Of a stretch of DNA of 48,440 nucleotides, positions 1-8,504 are shown piece by piece. Numbering within the stretch: position 1 is the stretch's first letter; each line of letters begins with the position of its first letter. Under the pieces are notes generated by a model that was not told the DNA's origin, searched no databases, and saw only the letters and a list, made by a program, of their open reading frames with translations. Source of the DNA: Candidatus Parcubacteria bacterium (GTDB taxonomy: Bacteria > Patescibacteriota > Patescibacteriia > Magasanikbacterales > UBA922); NCBI GenBank assembly GCA_002869205.1, contig PKTJ01000023.1, positions 1 to 48,440 on the forward strand. Reading direction: 5' to 3'. The translations under genes were made by a program, and so were the position numbers.

Positions 1-95
1 GCCATCCTTCAAATTATATTTATGTTAAATATATATCTATTTGATATTTTAAATATCATGGTTTTGTATGAGAAAGCGGGGCTAAGAGGATTGTT

Positions 96-506
96 ATGAA
101 ATTAAAAAAAATAAAAAGTATTATAATATTCCATACAGTGCTCAATTTATCAATGCTCATATTCTTTTTTATACCTTTTGTAAATGGCACAGCATTGACT
201 TCAGATTTATTTCACTTGAGATCCTCTCTTCTTTTTGTTGGACTCATTGGTCTCCTGCTATTACAATTTAAAAACAAGGTCATATTAATTATGGCAAGTA
301 TATTTAATCTAGGTTTATTGATGTTCATAATATTTCAGGGACATCTGGTGCGTTCGTTTTTATTACTTATCAATTATCAAGGCTCTTTTTCAATATATTA
401 TTCTGATTTATGGCTCCTCGGAAATATCTTAGGTGGATTATTGATAATAATTACTGTTGCTTGGAACTTAATTTTTACATTTAAAATATATGAAAAAAAT
501 ATTTAA
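96..506 (+). CDS. hypothetical polytopic membrane protein
   Basis: The 136-aa ORF is almost entirely hydrophobic segments (FFFIPFV, LLFVGLIGLLLL, LGLLMFIIF, LLGNILGGLLIIITVAW), giving about 4 TM helices. It overlaps the next ORF by 17 nt. No motif recognised. Confidence 0.45.
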   Translation: MKLKKIKSIIIFHTVLNLSMLIFFFIPFVNGTALTSDLFHLRSSLLFVGLIGLLLLQFKNKVILIMASIFNLGLLMFIIFQGHLVRSFLLLINYQGSFSIYYSDLWLLGNILGGLLIIITVAWNLIFTFKIYEKNI

Positions 507-1944
507 ATATACTTTATTTGCTCTGTTTGTCTGGCTTTTTGTACACACAATTGTATTGCTTGCGGTGGGATTGAGTAGTAATACAAAAAAAACTGATGTA
601 ATCTTGATATTAGGAAATAAGGTTGAAGTGGATGGAACTCCTTCAAAAAGACTGAAAAGTAGACTAGATACTGGTGCAGAGTTGTACCATAAAAAACAAG
701 CTCCACTTATCATTGTGAGCGGAGGACTTGGAAAAGAAGTATATGATGAGGCCAAGACCATGAAAGAATATTTAATATCAAAAGATATACCTAGTAGTAA
801 TATTATTGTTGATGATGAAGGAAATAATACATACATGACAGCGATGAACTACAAATCCATAGCAAGACAACGGAAATTAAAGAGTGTTACTGTGGTGTCA
901 CAATATTATCATCTTTTGAGAACAAAAATGACACTCAAAAAATTTGGAATTGATCATGTGTATACGTCAAAAGCACAGATGTTTCCTGAGCTCAGAGATT
1001 TTTATTCTATACCAAGAGAAATCGTTGGATATTATAGTTACCTCTTAAAAGATTATACGGCAGAGACGGCCTCTACTTTTTTTTCAGAGCCATATGTAGA
1101 GGTGAGGAAGGGTGATTTGTGGTATGGAGATGTGTATTTTGTAAATAAAGAGGGAAAAGGAGTCCTCGTGTCGACGTCTAAATCTGTAGAAAATGGTCTT
1201 GTTACCTCAGAATTTGATAGTATTTTTTATATAGATGCACTATTGTCTCCAGATGAAAGAAAAATAGCAATAGTCGGAGCATGTTGGGAAGATGATTGTG
1301 TGTCGGTGTATGATATTGATACAAAGGAATTACATGAAACATTTGTGGCTAGTTCACAAGTAGAATGGCTTGATGATGGCCGTCTAAAAATAGTAGGAGG
1401 ATGTAGTAATCCAGTAGATTTTTGTGGAGTGTATGAATCTCAAAATAGTTCGAAGCCGTGGGAACTAGAAAAGACCATCGGGCAAAAGACTAAAGATAAT
1501 ACATATTCTATAAAAAATTTGAATTTTGGTATCGAGGAAACCATCCCAATTTTATATAGAGGTTCATTTGGTTATGAAGAAAAAGAAAAATTTGTTGAAT
1601 TGGGAAGGCCTATGCCCGAAGATCTTTTTTGGGGATCAGTAGAATATTTATATACACCTAGAGGACAAGAGTTTAAGCTGCTTGCTCAGGCAAATATGTC
1701 TGACAACCTTGGGGACGGTGAATTTTATAATGGTTGGCTTACTAATGGAATGAAAACAGAGTATGTAAATACAGGTAAACTTATAGAGGCTACAAGATAT
1801 GGAGAAATAATCTATGGAAATGGATTTGTATCTGATTCAGATTATTCTGATTATCAAATTTATATTATTAGTAGAGAAAAGGGTGACGTTGGTGTATCTC
1901 CTAGGAACGAGATGGTTCTGACTGTATTACTTAAAGTTCAATAA
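490..1944 (+). CDS. DUF218 (YdcF/SanA/ElyC-like) domain protein with a long uncharacterised C-terminal extension
   Basis: An N-terminal TM helix is followed by a DUF218-type region (VILILGNKV..DGTPSKRLKSRLDTGAELY..APLIIVSGG..VTVVSQYYHLLR). Residues ~200-484 have no motif I recognise. Confidence 0.6.
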   Translation: MKKIFKYTLFALFVWLFVHTIVLLAVGLSSNTKKTDVILILGNKVEVDGTPSKRLKSRLDTGAELYHKKQAPLIIVSGGLGKEVYDEAKTMKEYLISKDIPSSNIIVDDEGNNTYMTAMNYKSIARQRKLKSVTVVSQYYHLLRTKMTLKKFGIDHVYTSKAQMFPELRDFYSIPREIVGYYSYLLKDYTAETASTFFSEPYVEVRKGDLWYGDVYFVNKEGKGVLVSTSKSVENGLVTSEFDSIFYIDALLSPDERKIAIVGACWEDDCVSVYDIDTKELHETFVASSQVEWLDDGRLKIVGGCSNPVDFCGVYESQNSSKPWELEKTIGQKTKDNTYSIKNLNFGIEETIPILYRGSFGYEEKEKFVELGRPMPEDLFWGSVEYLYTPRGQEFKLLAQANMSDNLGDGEFYNGWLTNGMKTEYVNTGKLIEATRYGEIIYGNGFVSDSDYSDYQIYIISREKGDVGVSPRNEMVLTVLLKVQ

Positions 1945-1981
1945 ATTAATCTTAGTTCGAACATAGTCCGTCCCCCCGAGC

Positions 1982-2006
1982 AAAAATCCCCAAAGGGGAT
2001 TTTTTG
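1982..2006 (+). terminator. intrinsic terminator after the DUF218 gene
   Basis: AAAATCCCC-AAA-GGGGATTTT stem-loop followed by a T-run, ~40 nt after the stop at 1944. Confidence 0.7.
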
Positions 2007-2092
2007 TTTTATGAAAGAAGTTTGTGTATTTTTCTTGAATATATTAAGGAATATAATATATACTGACAATATATAATTTTTAGTATAGAAAT

Positions 2093-2275
2093 ATGAAACA
2101 CAAAGTCCATCGCTTGGATGTAAAAAGCGATAACATGCAAGAGAAATTGCAACTTTTCTTAAATGATTTGAGAGGAGAGGTTGTTGCAGTAATTCCAAAT
2201 GTGAAGCCTACCTTCCAACTCATGGGAGCAACTGCCAAGATAAATTATTTGTTGATTGTGGAGAAAGTTGCTTAA
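2093..2275 (+). CDS. small hypothetical protein (60 aa)
   Basis: Only ORF in a ~400-bp gap. A TATAAT-like box lies ~15 nt upstream. No SD and no recognised family. Confidence 0.35.
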   Translation: MKHKVHRLDVKSDNMQEKLQLFLNDLRGEVVAVIPNVKPTFQLMGATAKINYLLIVEKVA

Positions 2276-2353
2276 ACGTATTTTTTGTATCGAACAGGTA
2301 AAACATATTTTTTTATATGAAAACTTGTGATATAATAAACACAATAAAACAAT

Positions 2354-3004
2354 ATGAGAATTGAAATTGCACACTATTATGACAATATAAAAACACCTGG
2401 CGAACTCGTGGCGGTTTTTTTGGTTATACCTGCAGAATTTCGAAATCAACTCATAGAGAAATACGGAAAAAAGTTTGAAGAACTTATACCAGACGCAACA
2501 ACATTGTTCAAAATCCTTGATAAAGTTAATGCTGAGGGTAGAAAGATGCTCTGCGAAAATATAACCTTGGATAATGTACTCAAGAATGCAGAAGAGGTGA
2601 GAGCGCTTACTATGAGATTGTTTTCTGGAAGTGACAAAATAATGATTTTGGGAAAACTTAATTTATCTCGATTGATTACAAACGCAAAAGAGCTTTCAGA
2701 AATTCTCGAATGGCTCGATGAAAAAGGAAAAGAATATCTCCTCAAACACGTCGATCTCAAAAAACTCATTCGAAATGTAAATGATTTTTGTCAGGTTGCA
2801 CGTCATCTGGGCGGGGTAGAAGAAATAAAACTCATCAAATCAAATAAAAAAATACTCAAACAAGGTATTACGGGAGAAGAAACACTTATTATGACGCTCA
2901 ATGCATTGAGTTTGTCTGGGGACTTATTTTTGGTGGATTTACCGTTTATCAAGAAATTACAAATCAGCAAACATCGTTGTGCAAATTATTTGCCAAAAAA
3001 ATAA
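2354..3004 (+). CDS. hypothetical helical-repeat protein
   Basis: 216-aa ORF preceded by an extended -10-like TGaTATAAT (~2327-2336). It contains internally repetitive Leu-rich helical segments and no catalytic motif. Confidence 0.5.
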   Translation: MRIEIAHYYDNIKTPGELVAVFLVIPAEFRNQLIEKYGKKFEELIPDATTLFKILDKVNAEGRKMLCENITLDNVLKNAEEVRALTMRLFSGSDKIMILGKLNLSRLITNAKELSEILEWLDEKGKEYLLKHVDLKKLIRNVNDFCQVARHLGGVEEIKLIKSNKKILKQGITGEETLIMTLNALSLSGDLFLVDLPFIKKLQISKHRCANYLPKK

Positions 3005-3007
3005 TAT

Positions 3008-3955
3008 ATGCCTAAAAAAACACGCATACTAGGTGGCTCAAAATACAAGATGAATGATGCGCATTTACATGTCGTTGATTTTATGCAAAATTCTCGTGAT
3101 TTTACTGACATCTTGCGTGAGATGAACAAGGCAAATATCCAAAAAGCAGCTATCTTTGGTCTGCCGGTGAAGAAAACATACTCTGAATTTGAATATAACA
3201 AACCTGCATACTATCTGGACAATAATGCGAAATGTTATTATTTTTCTGAGACCGATGATATTATTGTAAATAAATATAGAAAACTTACACAACAACAAAA
3301 AAAGCGTCTCGTCCCATTGCTTTGTGGGTTTAATCCGACAGACAGAAGCTCGGTAGATATTATTCGTGCAAAGTTAAAAAGATATAGAGGGGTTTTCAAA
3401 GGTGTGGGTGAAGTGATGCTTCGGCATGATGATCTGACCAATATGACACTTGGGCAAACACCACGTGGTAATACCGAAGCAATGATGGACGTGGCACAGC
3501 TCTGTCGTGAAGAAAACATTCCACTTCTCATTCATCACAATCTCACTTCTGTCTGGCTCGATACACATCCTGAGTATTTGCGTGAACTTCATGACTTGCT
3601 CCAGCGAAATCCAAACACGACTGTTGTGTGGGCTCACTGTGGTGCGTCTCGTCGAGTAAACATACCAAATTACGATACCATTATTCGCAACATGCTTACG
3701 TATTATCATAATCTATATGTAGATTATAGTTGGATTTTTTATGATGAAATTTTGTGTAGTAATGGTGAGCCACGTGAGGCATGGATAAAGTTGACTGAAG
3801 ATTTTTCTGATCGTATTATGCTTGGTAGTGATTTGTTTCTAAACTATGAATTACTAGGTCATGTCATGAAACGATATGACAACTTCTTGGATAGATTGAC
3901 ACCTAAGACGCGAGAGAAGGTTTGTACAGGGAATTTCAATAAGATATTTGGTTAG
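3008..3955 (+). CDS. amidohydrolase-family (TIM-barrel metal-dependent) hydrolase
   Basis: Ordered motifs AHLHVVDF (H-x-H), LLIHHN, VVWAHCG and GSDLF are typical of amidohydrolase-2 type enzymes. The start could instead be the internal Met at 3050. Confidence 0.6.
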   Translation: MPKKTRILGGSKYKMNDAHLHVVDFMQNSRDFTDILREMNKANIQKAAIFGLPVKKTYSEFEYNKPAYYLDNNAKCYYFSETDDIIVNKYRKLTQQQKKRLVPLLCGFNPTDRSSVDIIRAKLKRYRGVFKGVGEVMLRHDDLTNMTLGQTPRGNTEAMMDVAQLCREENIPLLIHHNLTSVWLDTHPEYLRELHDLLQRNPNTTVVWAHCGASRRVNIPNYDTIIRNMLTYYHNLYVDYSWIFYDEILCSNGEPREAWIKLTEDFSDRIMLGSDLFLNYELLGHVMKRYDNFLDRLTPKTREKVCTGNFNKIFG

Positions 3956-3981
3956 TGTGATAATTTAGTTTATATCGAAAT

Positions 3982-4007
3982 AAAAAACCCCAAACCCGGG
4001 GTTTTTA
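3982..4007. terminator. bidirectional intrinsic terminator
   Basis: AAAAACCCC-loop-GGGGTTTTT hairpin with an A-run on one side and a T-run on the other. It lies after the stop of the + strand hydrolase gene and at the 3' end of the minus-strand structured RNA. Confidence 0.7.
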
Positions 4008-4020
4008 AAATATTTGAGAA

Positions 4021-4218
4021 CGGATTTGGGGGAGGCGGGAGGTCAGCTGGAGTAGGTCGCTGATATATTATGCGCGCCGGAACTTAACCCTCCGATATGA
4101 CCAGAACGGTCAATGTAAGAGGCAATCCCTTGTGGTTAGGGAAAGGTTTCTAGGTGGGACGCGGCGTCCCGGGCGGCGCCGATGGACAACTGAACTCGAC
4201 GTCTCACCCCAAATCCGT
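4021..4218 (-). ncRNA. unclassified GC-rich structured RNA (~200 nt)
   Basis: No credible ORF. A 14-bp closing helix pairs 4021-4034 (CGGATTTGGGGGAG) with 4203-4217 (CTCaCCCCAAATCCG, one bulged A). Internal hairpins lie at 4099-4111, 4127-4141 and 4156-4170. A consensus promoter sits immediately upstream on the minus strand and a terminator at 3982-4007. I could not find the RNase P, tmRNA, SRP or 6S signatures I can recall. Confidence 0.55.
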
Positions 4219-4224
4219 GGCTAC

Positions 4225-4253
4225 ATAATAAATCAAAAATAGGGGAGTGTCAA
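4225..4253 (-). promoter_or_regulatory. sigma70-type promoter of the structured RNA
   Basis: On the minus strand, TTGACA (4253-4248), an exact 17-nt spacer, then TATTAT (4230-4225). The predicted TSS at ~4218 coincides with the 5' arm of the closing helix. Confidence 0.65.
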
Positions 4254-4354
4254 TTGTAAGACAAACAAAAAAACACCTTGCAATGGGAGTTTTCCTTTCC
4301 TCCCCGACCACGTACGTGCGACCGGGGAAGAGTGCGTCTTGGGTTGGAGAAAAG

Positions 4355-4390
4355 GGCGATTTTGAGATAAGAGGTCTCCTTCGGGACCTC
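4355..4390 (-). terminator. GC-rich stem-loop after the island-1 ORF
   Basis: GAGGTC-8 nt loop-GACCTC hairpin abutting the stop codon, followed on the minus strand by a partly U-rich stretch. Confidence 0.45.
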
Positions 4391-4860
4391 TAGGCGGCTT
4401 CGGCGCCGGGTCTGACGACCCAGTGGTTGATAGAGCCGTTGTCGATCATGATGACCGCCTCGCCGGGCTTGAGCTCGTCGAGGTTGGGAATGTTGTCGGC
4501 CTCTCTGAGGCTCACGAAGAACTCCGGGACGCTCTGCGCTTTCGTGAGCGGACATGTGGCGATCACCACCTCAGCGTGGATGGCCTCGACACTCATCGAA
4601 AGGCACGTCCGTGCGTAAGGTACCACAGTCTCGGTCAGGTTGGCGAAGTGGGTGTACTTAACAGTTCCTCTGGTCGCTTCGAGTGCTGTGCACAGTACCG
4701 CGGCGCAGGCCTCGGATTGCACGTCATCCTCGGACGCGAACACGACGATCCTGTCGTGCTGGTCGAAGATAGGCTTGAGTTCCCCTGCCAAGGTCGGCAT
4801 GAGATCAATATCCTCGGCCACGACGACGAAGATTCTACTGACGTTTTCCCAGTGAGGCAT
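4390..4860 (-). CDS. orphan high-GC protein (156 aa), function unknown
   Basis: The start was moved to the Met at 4860, which has a GGAGGAA SD ~5 nt upstream. Third codon positions are almost all G/C, unlike the overlapping ORFs in other frames. No catalytic motif recognised. There is only a vague resemblance to a SixA-like alpha/beta fold, without the RHG motif. Confidence 0.6.
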   Translation of the reverse strand: MPHWENVSRIFVVVAEDIDLMPTLAGELKPIFDQHDRIVVFASEDDVQSEACAAVLCTALEATRGTVKYTHFANLTETVVPYARTCLSMSVEAIHAEVVIATCPLTKAQSVPEFFVSLREADNIPNLDELKPGEAVIMIDNGSINHWVVRPGAEAA

Positions 4861-4909
4861 CCTATTCCTCCGTCCAGAAATCGCTGTGAGCGATGTTGGT
4901 TTCCTGTTT

Positions 4910-4938
4910 TTTATAGCATATTTACCGATTTTGTTCAA
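4910..4938 (-). promoter_or_regulatory. sigma70-type promoter of the island-1 ORF
   Basis: On the minus strand, TTGAAC (4938-4933), a 17-nt spacer, then TATAAA (4915-4910), ~50 nt upstream of the start codon. Confidence 0.5.
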
Positions 4939-5108
4939 GGCAGGGGATTTCATAAACAAAAAACCGTCATAGTTAATCTGGGAGGGGTAGTAGGGGGTTT
5001 CCCCCTACCTACAACCCTTCCGCCTCGTCGGCGGACACTCGACAAGATTGCTTTTTTCTAGTACAATTATCCGTGCTACGTAAAGCGTGACCGCAACGCA
5101 GTTTCACT

Positions 5109-6308
5109 ATGAAAAGACTCATAATTCTCATAATCCTTGGACTCGCCATACTTGGTGTAGTCTTTTTTGTGCGTTCGACCGCAGGGACAACTCTAGAGTT
5201 GTCCGAAGTGGACGTCACAGAACCGCCCAAACCACAATATGACATAACAGAATATATTGTAGGTGAAGATGATATTTTTGCGACCATTATGGAAGATTGG
5301 GGAATTGGGTATAGTGACATGCTTACCATGGTAGATGCTGTGTCGAGTACGTACGACCTTACACGCATTCGCGTTGGTCAACCGATCAGACTTGCAAAAA
5401 ATGAGTATGGACACAATGTGTATCTCGAATATGAACGAAACAAAGATTTATGTGTACGCGTGTATTTTGAAAATGGTGGATACAGAGCAGAAGAATATGA
5501 TGTAGAATATGATGTAGAAATTGTGAAGCAACGTGCGACCGTGAGTAGCTCGATGTATATTGATGGGCTCGAAGCCGATATTCCCGAAGAAATTATTATG
5601 GAATTTGCAGATACGTTTGCATGGACGATTGATTTTTCTGTACAAGTAAAAAAGGGAGATAGTTTTGAAGTCATGTATGAAAAGCGTTCTCGCAAGGGAG
5701 AAGATGCAGGGATGGGAAATATTCTTGCAGCTAAGTTTATGAACGTTGGTACAGAGTTTAGTGCATATTTGTTTGAAAATGAAGAGGGGGATCTGGCGTA
5801 TTATAGTGGAGAAGGAGAAAGCATGGTGCGACAGTTCTTGCGTGCGCCTTTGGATTTCCGTCGTATTTCATCTGGCTATACCTATGCACGATTTGATCCG
5901 ATCAATGGTAGAAAACAAAAGCATCTGGCAATTGATTATGCTGCAGCCATGGGCACACCAATTATGGCAGTGGGGGATGGGACTATTCGTTTTGCTGGCT
6001 GGAACAATCAAGGGTTTGGTAATTTTGTAAGTATTCGTCATAATGATGTCTATATTACTGAGTACGCACACATGTCTGGATTTGCAAAAGGAATTCGAAA
6101 TGGTGTATTTGTCAAACAAGGGCAAGTGATTGGCTATGTAGGATCTACTGGTTGGTCTACTGGTCCACATCTTCACTATCAGATCAAGAAGTATGGGTCA
6201 CTAGTAAATCCTCTTGCACTTGAACTTCCACCAGGAGATCCAGTACCAGAAGGAAAACAAGAAGCGTTTGAAAATATTAAACAAAAATATAACGACATGA
6301 TGAAATAA
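5109..6308 (+). CDS. M23 family metallopeptidase (peptidoglycan endopeptidase)
   Basis: N-terminal signal/TM segment. C-terminal M23 signatures HLAIDYAA, GDGTI, GFGNFVSIRH and GSTGWSTGPHLHYQI. Confidence 0.85.
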   Translation: MKRLIILIILGLAILGVVFFVRSTAGTTLELSEVDVTEPPKPQYDITEYIVGEDDIFATIMEDWGIGYSDMLTMVDAVSSTYDLTRIRVGQPIRLAKNEYGHNVYLEYERNKDLCVRVYFENGGYRAEEYDVEYDVEIVKQRATVSSSMYIDGLEADIPEEIIMEFADTFAWTIDFSVQVKKGDSFEVMYEKRSRKGEDAGMGNILAAKFMNVGTEFSAYLFENEEGDLAYYSGEGESMVRQFLRAPLDFRRISSGYTYARFDPINGRKQKHLAIDYAAAMGTPIMAVGDGTIRFAGWNNQGFGNFVSIRHNDVYITEYAHMSGFAKGIRNGVFVKQGQVIGYVGSTGWSTGPHLHYQIKKYGSLVNPLALELPPGDPVPEGKQEAFENIKQKYNDMMK

Positions 6309-6311
6309 CAT

Positions 6312-7118
6312 ATGTTTGAAACTCCAGAACTAATCGCATTTGCTCTTACTCTATTCGCTGGCCTCTCGACTGGTGTTGGTAGTGCGCTTGCGTTTTTTAC
6401 CAAGCGAACCAATACCAAGGCACTGTCACTTGCACTTGGGTTTAGTGCCGGTGTGATGCTGTATGTATCGTTTATAGAAATGATGCCAGCAGGATTTGAA
6501 AAAGCAGAAAGTGCATTTGGTGATGTGGGTGCATGGTATATTGTCGGATCATTTTTTCTTGGAATTGCTATTGTTGCACTTATTGATAAGTTGGTTCCTG
6601 AATTTGAAAATCCACATGAAGTGCATACTGTAGAAGATATGGAAAAAGAAGACGATGAGCATGATCACAAACATTTGATGCGCCTAGGAGTTCTTACGGC
6701 CGTTGCGCTTGCGATTCATAATTTCCCCGAAGGACTTGTGACATTTATTAGCGCACTCGATGATGTGACGGTTGGTGTCTCTATTGCGATTGCTGTTGCT
6801 ATTCACAATATTCCAGAAGGTATCGCAGTATCTGTACCTATTTACTATGCAACCAAGAGTAAGAAAAAAGCATTTTGGTATTCATTCTTGTCAGGTTTGG
6901 CAGAACCACTTGGTGCATTTCTCGGTTGTTTATTTTTTTGCAGTATCCTTGGAGACGGGGCATATGGAATTATCTTTGCGGCAGTGGCTGGTATTATGAT
7001 CTATGTTTCGCTCGATGAGCTCTTGCCTGCAGCACGCAGGTATGGTGAACACCATCTGGCAATCTATGGACTGATTGCTGGTATGGCTGTGATGGCAGTA
7101 AGCTTGTTAATCATCTAG
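6312..7118 (+). CDS. zupT: ZIP-family zinc transporter ZupT
   Basis: End-to-end resemblance to ZupT, including the duplicated HNFPEG/HNIPEG motifs, a His-rich loop and LAEPLGA. Confidence 0.85.
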   Translation: MFETPELIAFALTLFAGLSTGVGSALAFFTKRTNTKALSLALGFSAGVMLYVSFIEMMPAGFEKAESAFGDVGAWYIVGSFFLGIAIVALIDKLVPEFENPHEVHTVEDMEKEDDEHDHKHLMRLGVLTAVALAIHNFPEGLVTFISALDDVTVGVSIAIAVAIHNIPEGIAVSVPIYYATKSKKKAFWYSFLSGLAEPLGAFLGCLFFCSILGDGAYGIIFAAVAGIMIYVSLDELLPAARRYGEHHLAIYGLIAGMAVMAVSLLII

Positions 7119-7176
7119 CCTTTTAGAAGAGTTTAAAATGTGGTACAATAGTGCCACTTATTTTTTTAAAAAACCT

Positions 7177-7530
7177 ATGCAAGACATACAATCAGTATTC
7201 AACCGTATCCAAGAGTCAAAAAAAGAACAGCGAGATATTCGCAAAATGTACAAAGATGCATTGGACGGGGTGCAGGAATATCAAGAGATCCAAGAAAAAA
7301 CAAAATCACTTCGTGAAAAAAAGAAACGTATCGAAACAACAATTAAAGAACAATTTGCAAGTGAACTTACAAAACTGGAGGATCTCAAGATTGATATTGA
7401 ATCTGACACACAGATGATTACCGATATTGCGCTGAGTAAAATCACTAAGGGCGAAACAGTAGAAGTCACTGACCAGCATGACAATGAATATGAGCCAGTG
7501 TTTAATCTAAAATTTAAGAAGGTGAACTAG
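7177..7530 (+). CDS. hypothetical coiled-coil protein
   Basis: Start moved to the Met at 7177 because an extended -10 (TGgTACAAT, ~7140-7148) lies inside the longer ORF. The sequence is charged with heptad-like repeats. Confidence 0.45.
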   Translation: MQDIQSVFNRIQESKKEQRDIRKMYKDALDGVQEYQEIQEKTKSLREKKKRIETTIKEQFASELTKLEDLKIDIESDTQMITDIALSKITKGETVEVTDQHDNEYEPVFNLKFKKVN

Positions 7531-7536
7531 AATATT

Positions 7537-7570
7537 ATACGGATTTCCGGATAATCCAGATCTACGGATA
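7537..7570 (-). repeat. family-A element, truncated copy (A1)
   Basis: ATACGGATTTCCGGATAATCCAGATCTACGGATA matches the outer end plus one palindrome arm of the ~100-bp copies at 12130, 17027 and 32563. Confidence 0.6.
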
Positions 7571-7701
7571 AAAATGTGATTAAAAAAGAACGGTGGAAGC
7601 CGTTTTTTTATTTTTTTAAAACATGGTATGATGGATTAAGAAATAGTCGGCAAAAAGATTTTTTGTTGGCTCTGGCCACAACGTGCTCCATAGGAGGATG
7701 C

Positions 7702-7974
7702 ATGGCGTCAAACAGTGCGCGAAGGCGTAGGAACAGAGAGTCCAAGACGCGGGCTGCTGAACAAGAAGCCAAGAGGCAGAAGAGCTTCAAGCCTGGGCAA
7801 CAGGAGGAAGGCGGCATCTCTGCTGGTCCTGCTGTTCAAGCTCAGACAGCTTCGAAGAAGTCCGGTCGTCCGGTCATCCCCGCGGGTCGCAACATGACTC
7901 GTACACCGTTCGGGACTGACATCAGCCGGAGGAAGAACCTCTGGGAGAAGCCTCCGGGCGCCGCGAAGAAGTAG
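7702..7974 (+). CDS. orphan high-GC, highly basic low-complexity protein (90 aa)
   Basis: ATG at 7702 with an AGGAGG SD 4-5 nt upstream. The N-terminus is Arg/Lys-rich (ARRRRNRESKTR). Three successive stem-loops follow the stop. The antisense ORF 7708..8016 looks like a GC shadow. Confidence 0.45.
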   Translation: MASNSARRRRNRESKTRAAEQEAKRQKSFKPGQQEEGGISAGPAVQAQTASKKSGRPVIPAGRNMTRTPFGTDISRRKNLWEKPPGAAKK

Positions 7975-8144
7975 ACCCACTCTCTTCGTAGAGAGTTTGT
8001 CTTTTACATCGTACACCCCGCTAGGCCATGCAGCGGGGAGGAAGTCACATCAAACCTCCCATTTGGGAGGATTTTTTTATCCACAATTGACCAGATCTCT
8101 TAAAAGCGTACAATTATAGTAGTAATTTAATTAACTATAAGATT

Positions 8145-8375
8145 ATGAAAGCAGTAGTCTATTCTACCCCTTCATGTCCATATTGTAATCAGGCAAAAGA
8201 TTATTTCAAAGAAAATAATGTAGAGTTTGAAGATTTCAATGTAGCAGAAGATCAGGCAAAAGCTCAGGAGATGGTCAAAAAATCTGGCCAAATGGGTGTG
8301 CCAGTCATCGATCTTGAAGGAACTATCATTGTTGGTTTTGACAAAGCAAAGATCAACGAGGTTCTCGGATTATAA
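8145..8375 (+). CDS. glutaredoxin-like protein (NrdH/YruB type)
   Basis: 76 aa with a CPYC active site and GVPVI..G..IVGFD, as in small glutaredoxins. Confidence 0.8.
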   Translation: MKAVVYSTPSCPYCNQAKDYFKENNVEFEDFNVAEDQAKAQEMVKKSGQMGVPVIDLEGTIIVGFDKAKINEVLGL

Positions 8376-8390
8376 TATCTAGAATATACA

Positions 8391-8416
8391 AAAAAGTCCA
8401 CGTGTTGGACTTTTTT
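8391..8416 (+). terminator. intrinsic terminator
   Basis: AGTCCA-CGTGT-TGGACT hairpin followed by T6, 16 nt after the stop. Confidence 0.7.
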
Positions 8417-8504
8417 GTTTCACCCTCTTCGGGTGATGAATTTTACTTGTGGTGACAGGGGATTCATATTATACTTAAAATATATAAGTCTTAAGTAAGA
8501 ATAT

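Noticed and set aside
4021-4218. Interpretation of the structured RNA as a retron msr/msd, an omega/reRNA of IscB/TnpB, tmRNA, RNase P RNA or SRP RNA
   Set aside because: No reverse transcriptase, IscB or TnpB gene is nearby. The RNA is too short for RNase P or tmRNA, and I could not find their conserved motifs or the SRP helix-8 motif. 6S RNA cannot be excluded by eye and is left open in the finding.
4423-5061. Long + strand ORF (212 aa) and other overlapping ORFs (4250..4555, 4427..4618, 4640..4855) in the first high-GC block
   Set aside because: High GC suppresses stop codons in all frames. Only the minus-strand frame 4390-4860 combines an SD, a promoter and strong G/C third-position bias. 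The others translate to Arg/Gly/Pro-rich low-complexity strings typical of shadow ORFs.
7708-8016. Minus-strand 102-aa ORF and + strand 7715..7897 ORF in the second high-GC block
   Set aside because: Neither has an SD or start context. Their translations are Arg/Leu/Ser/Pro-rich antisense-type sequence, and they overlap the better-supported 7702-7974 frame.
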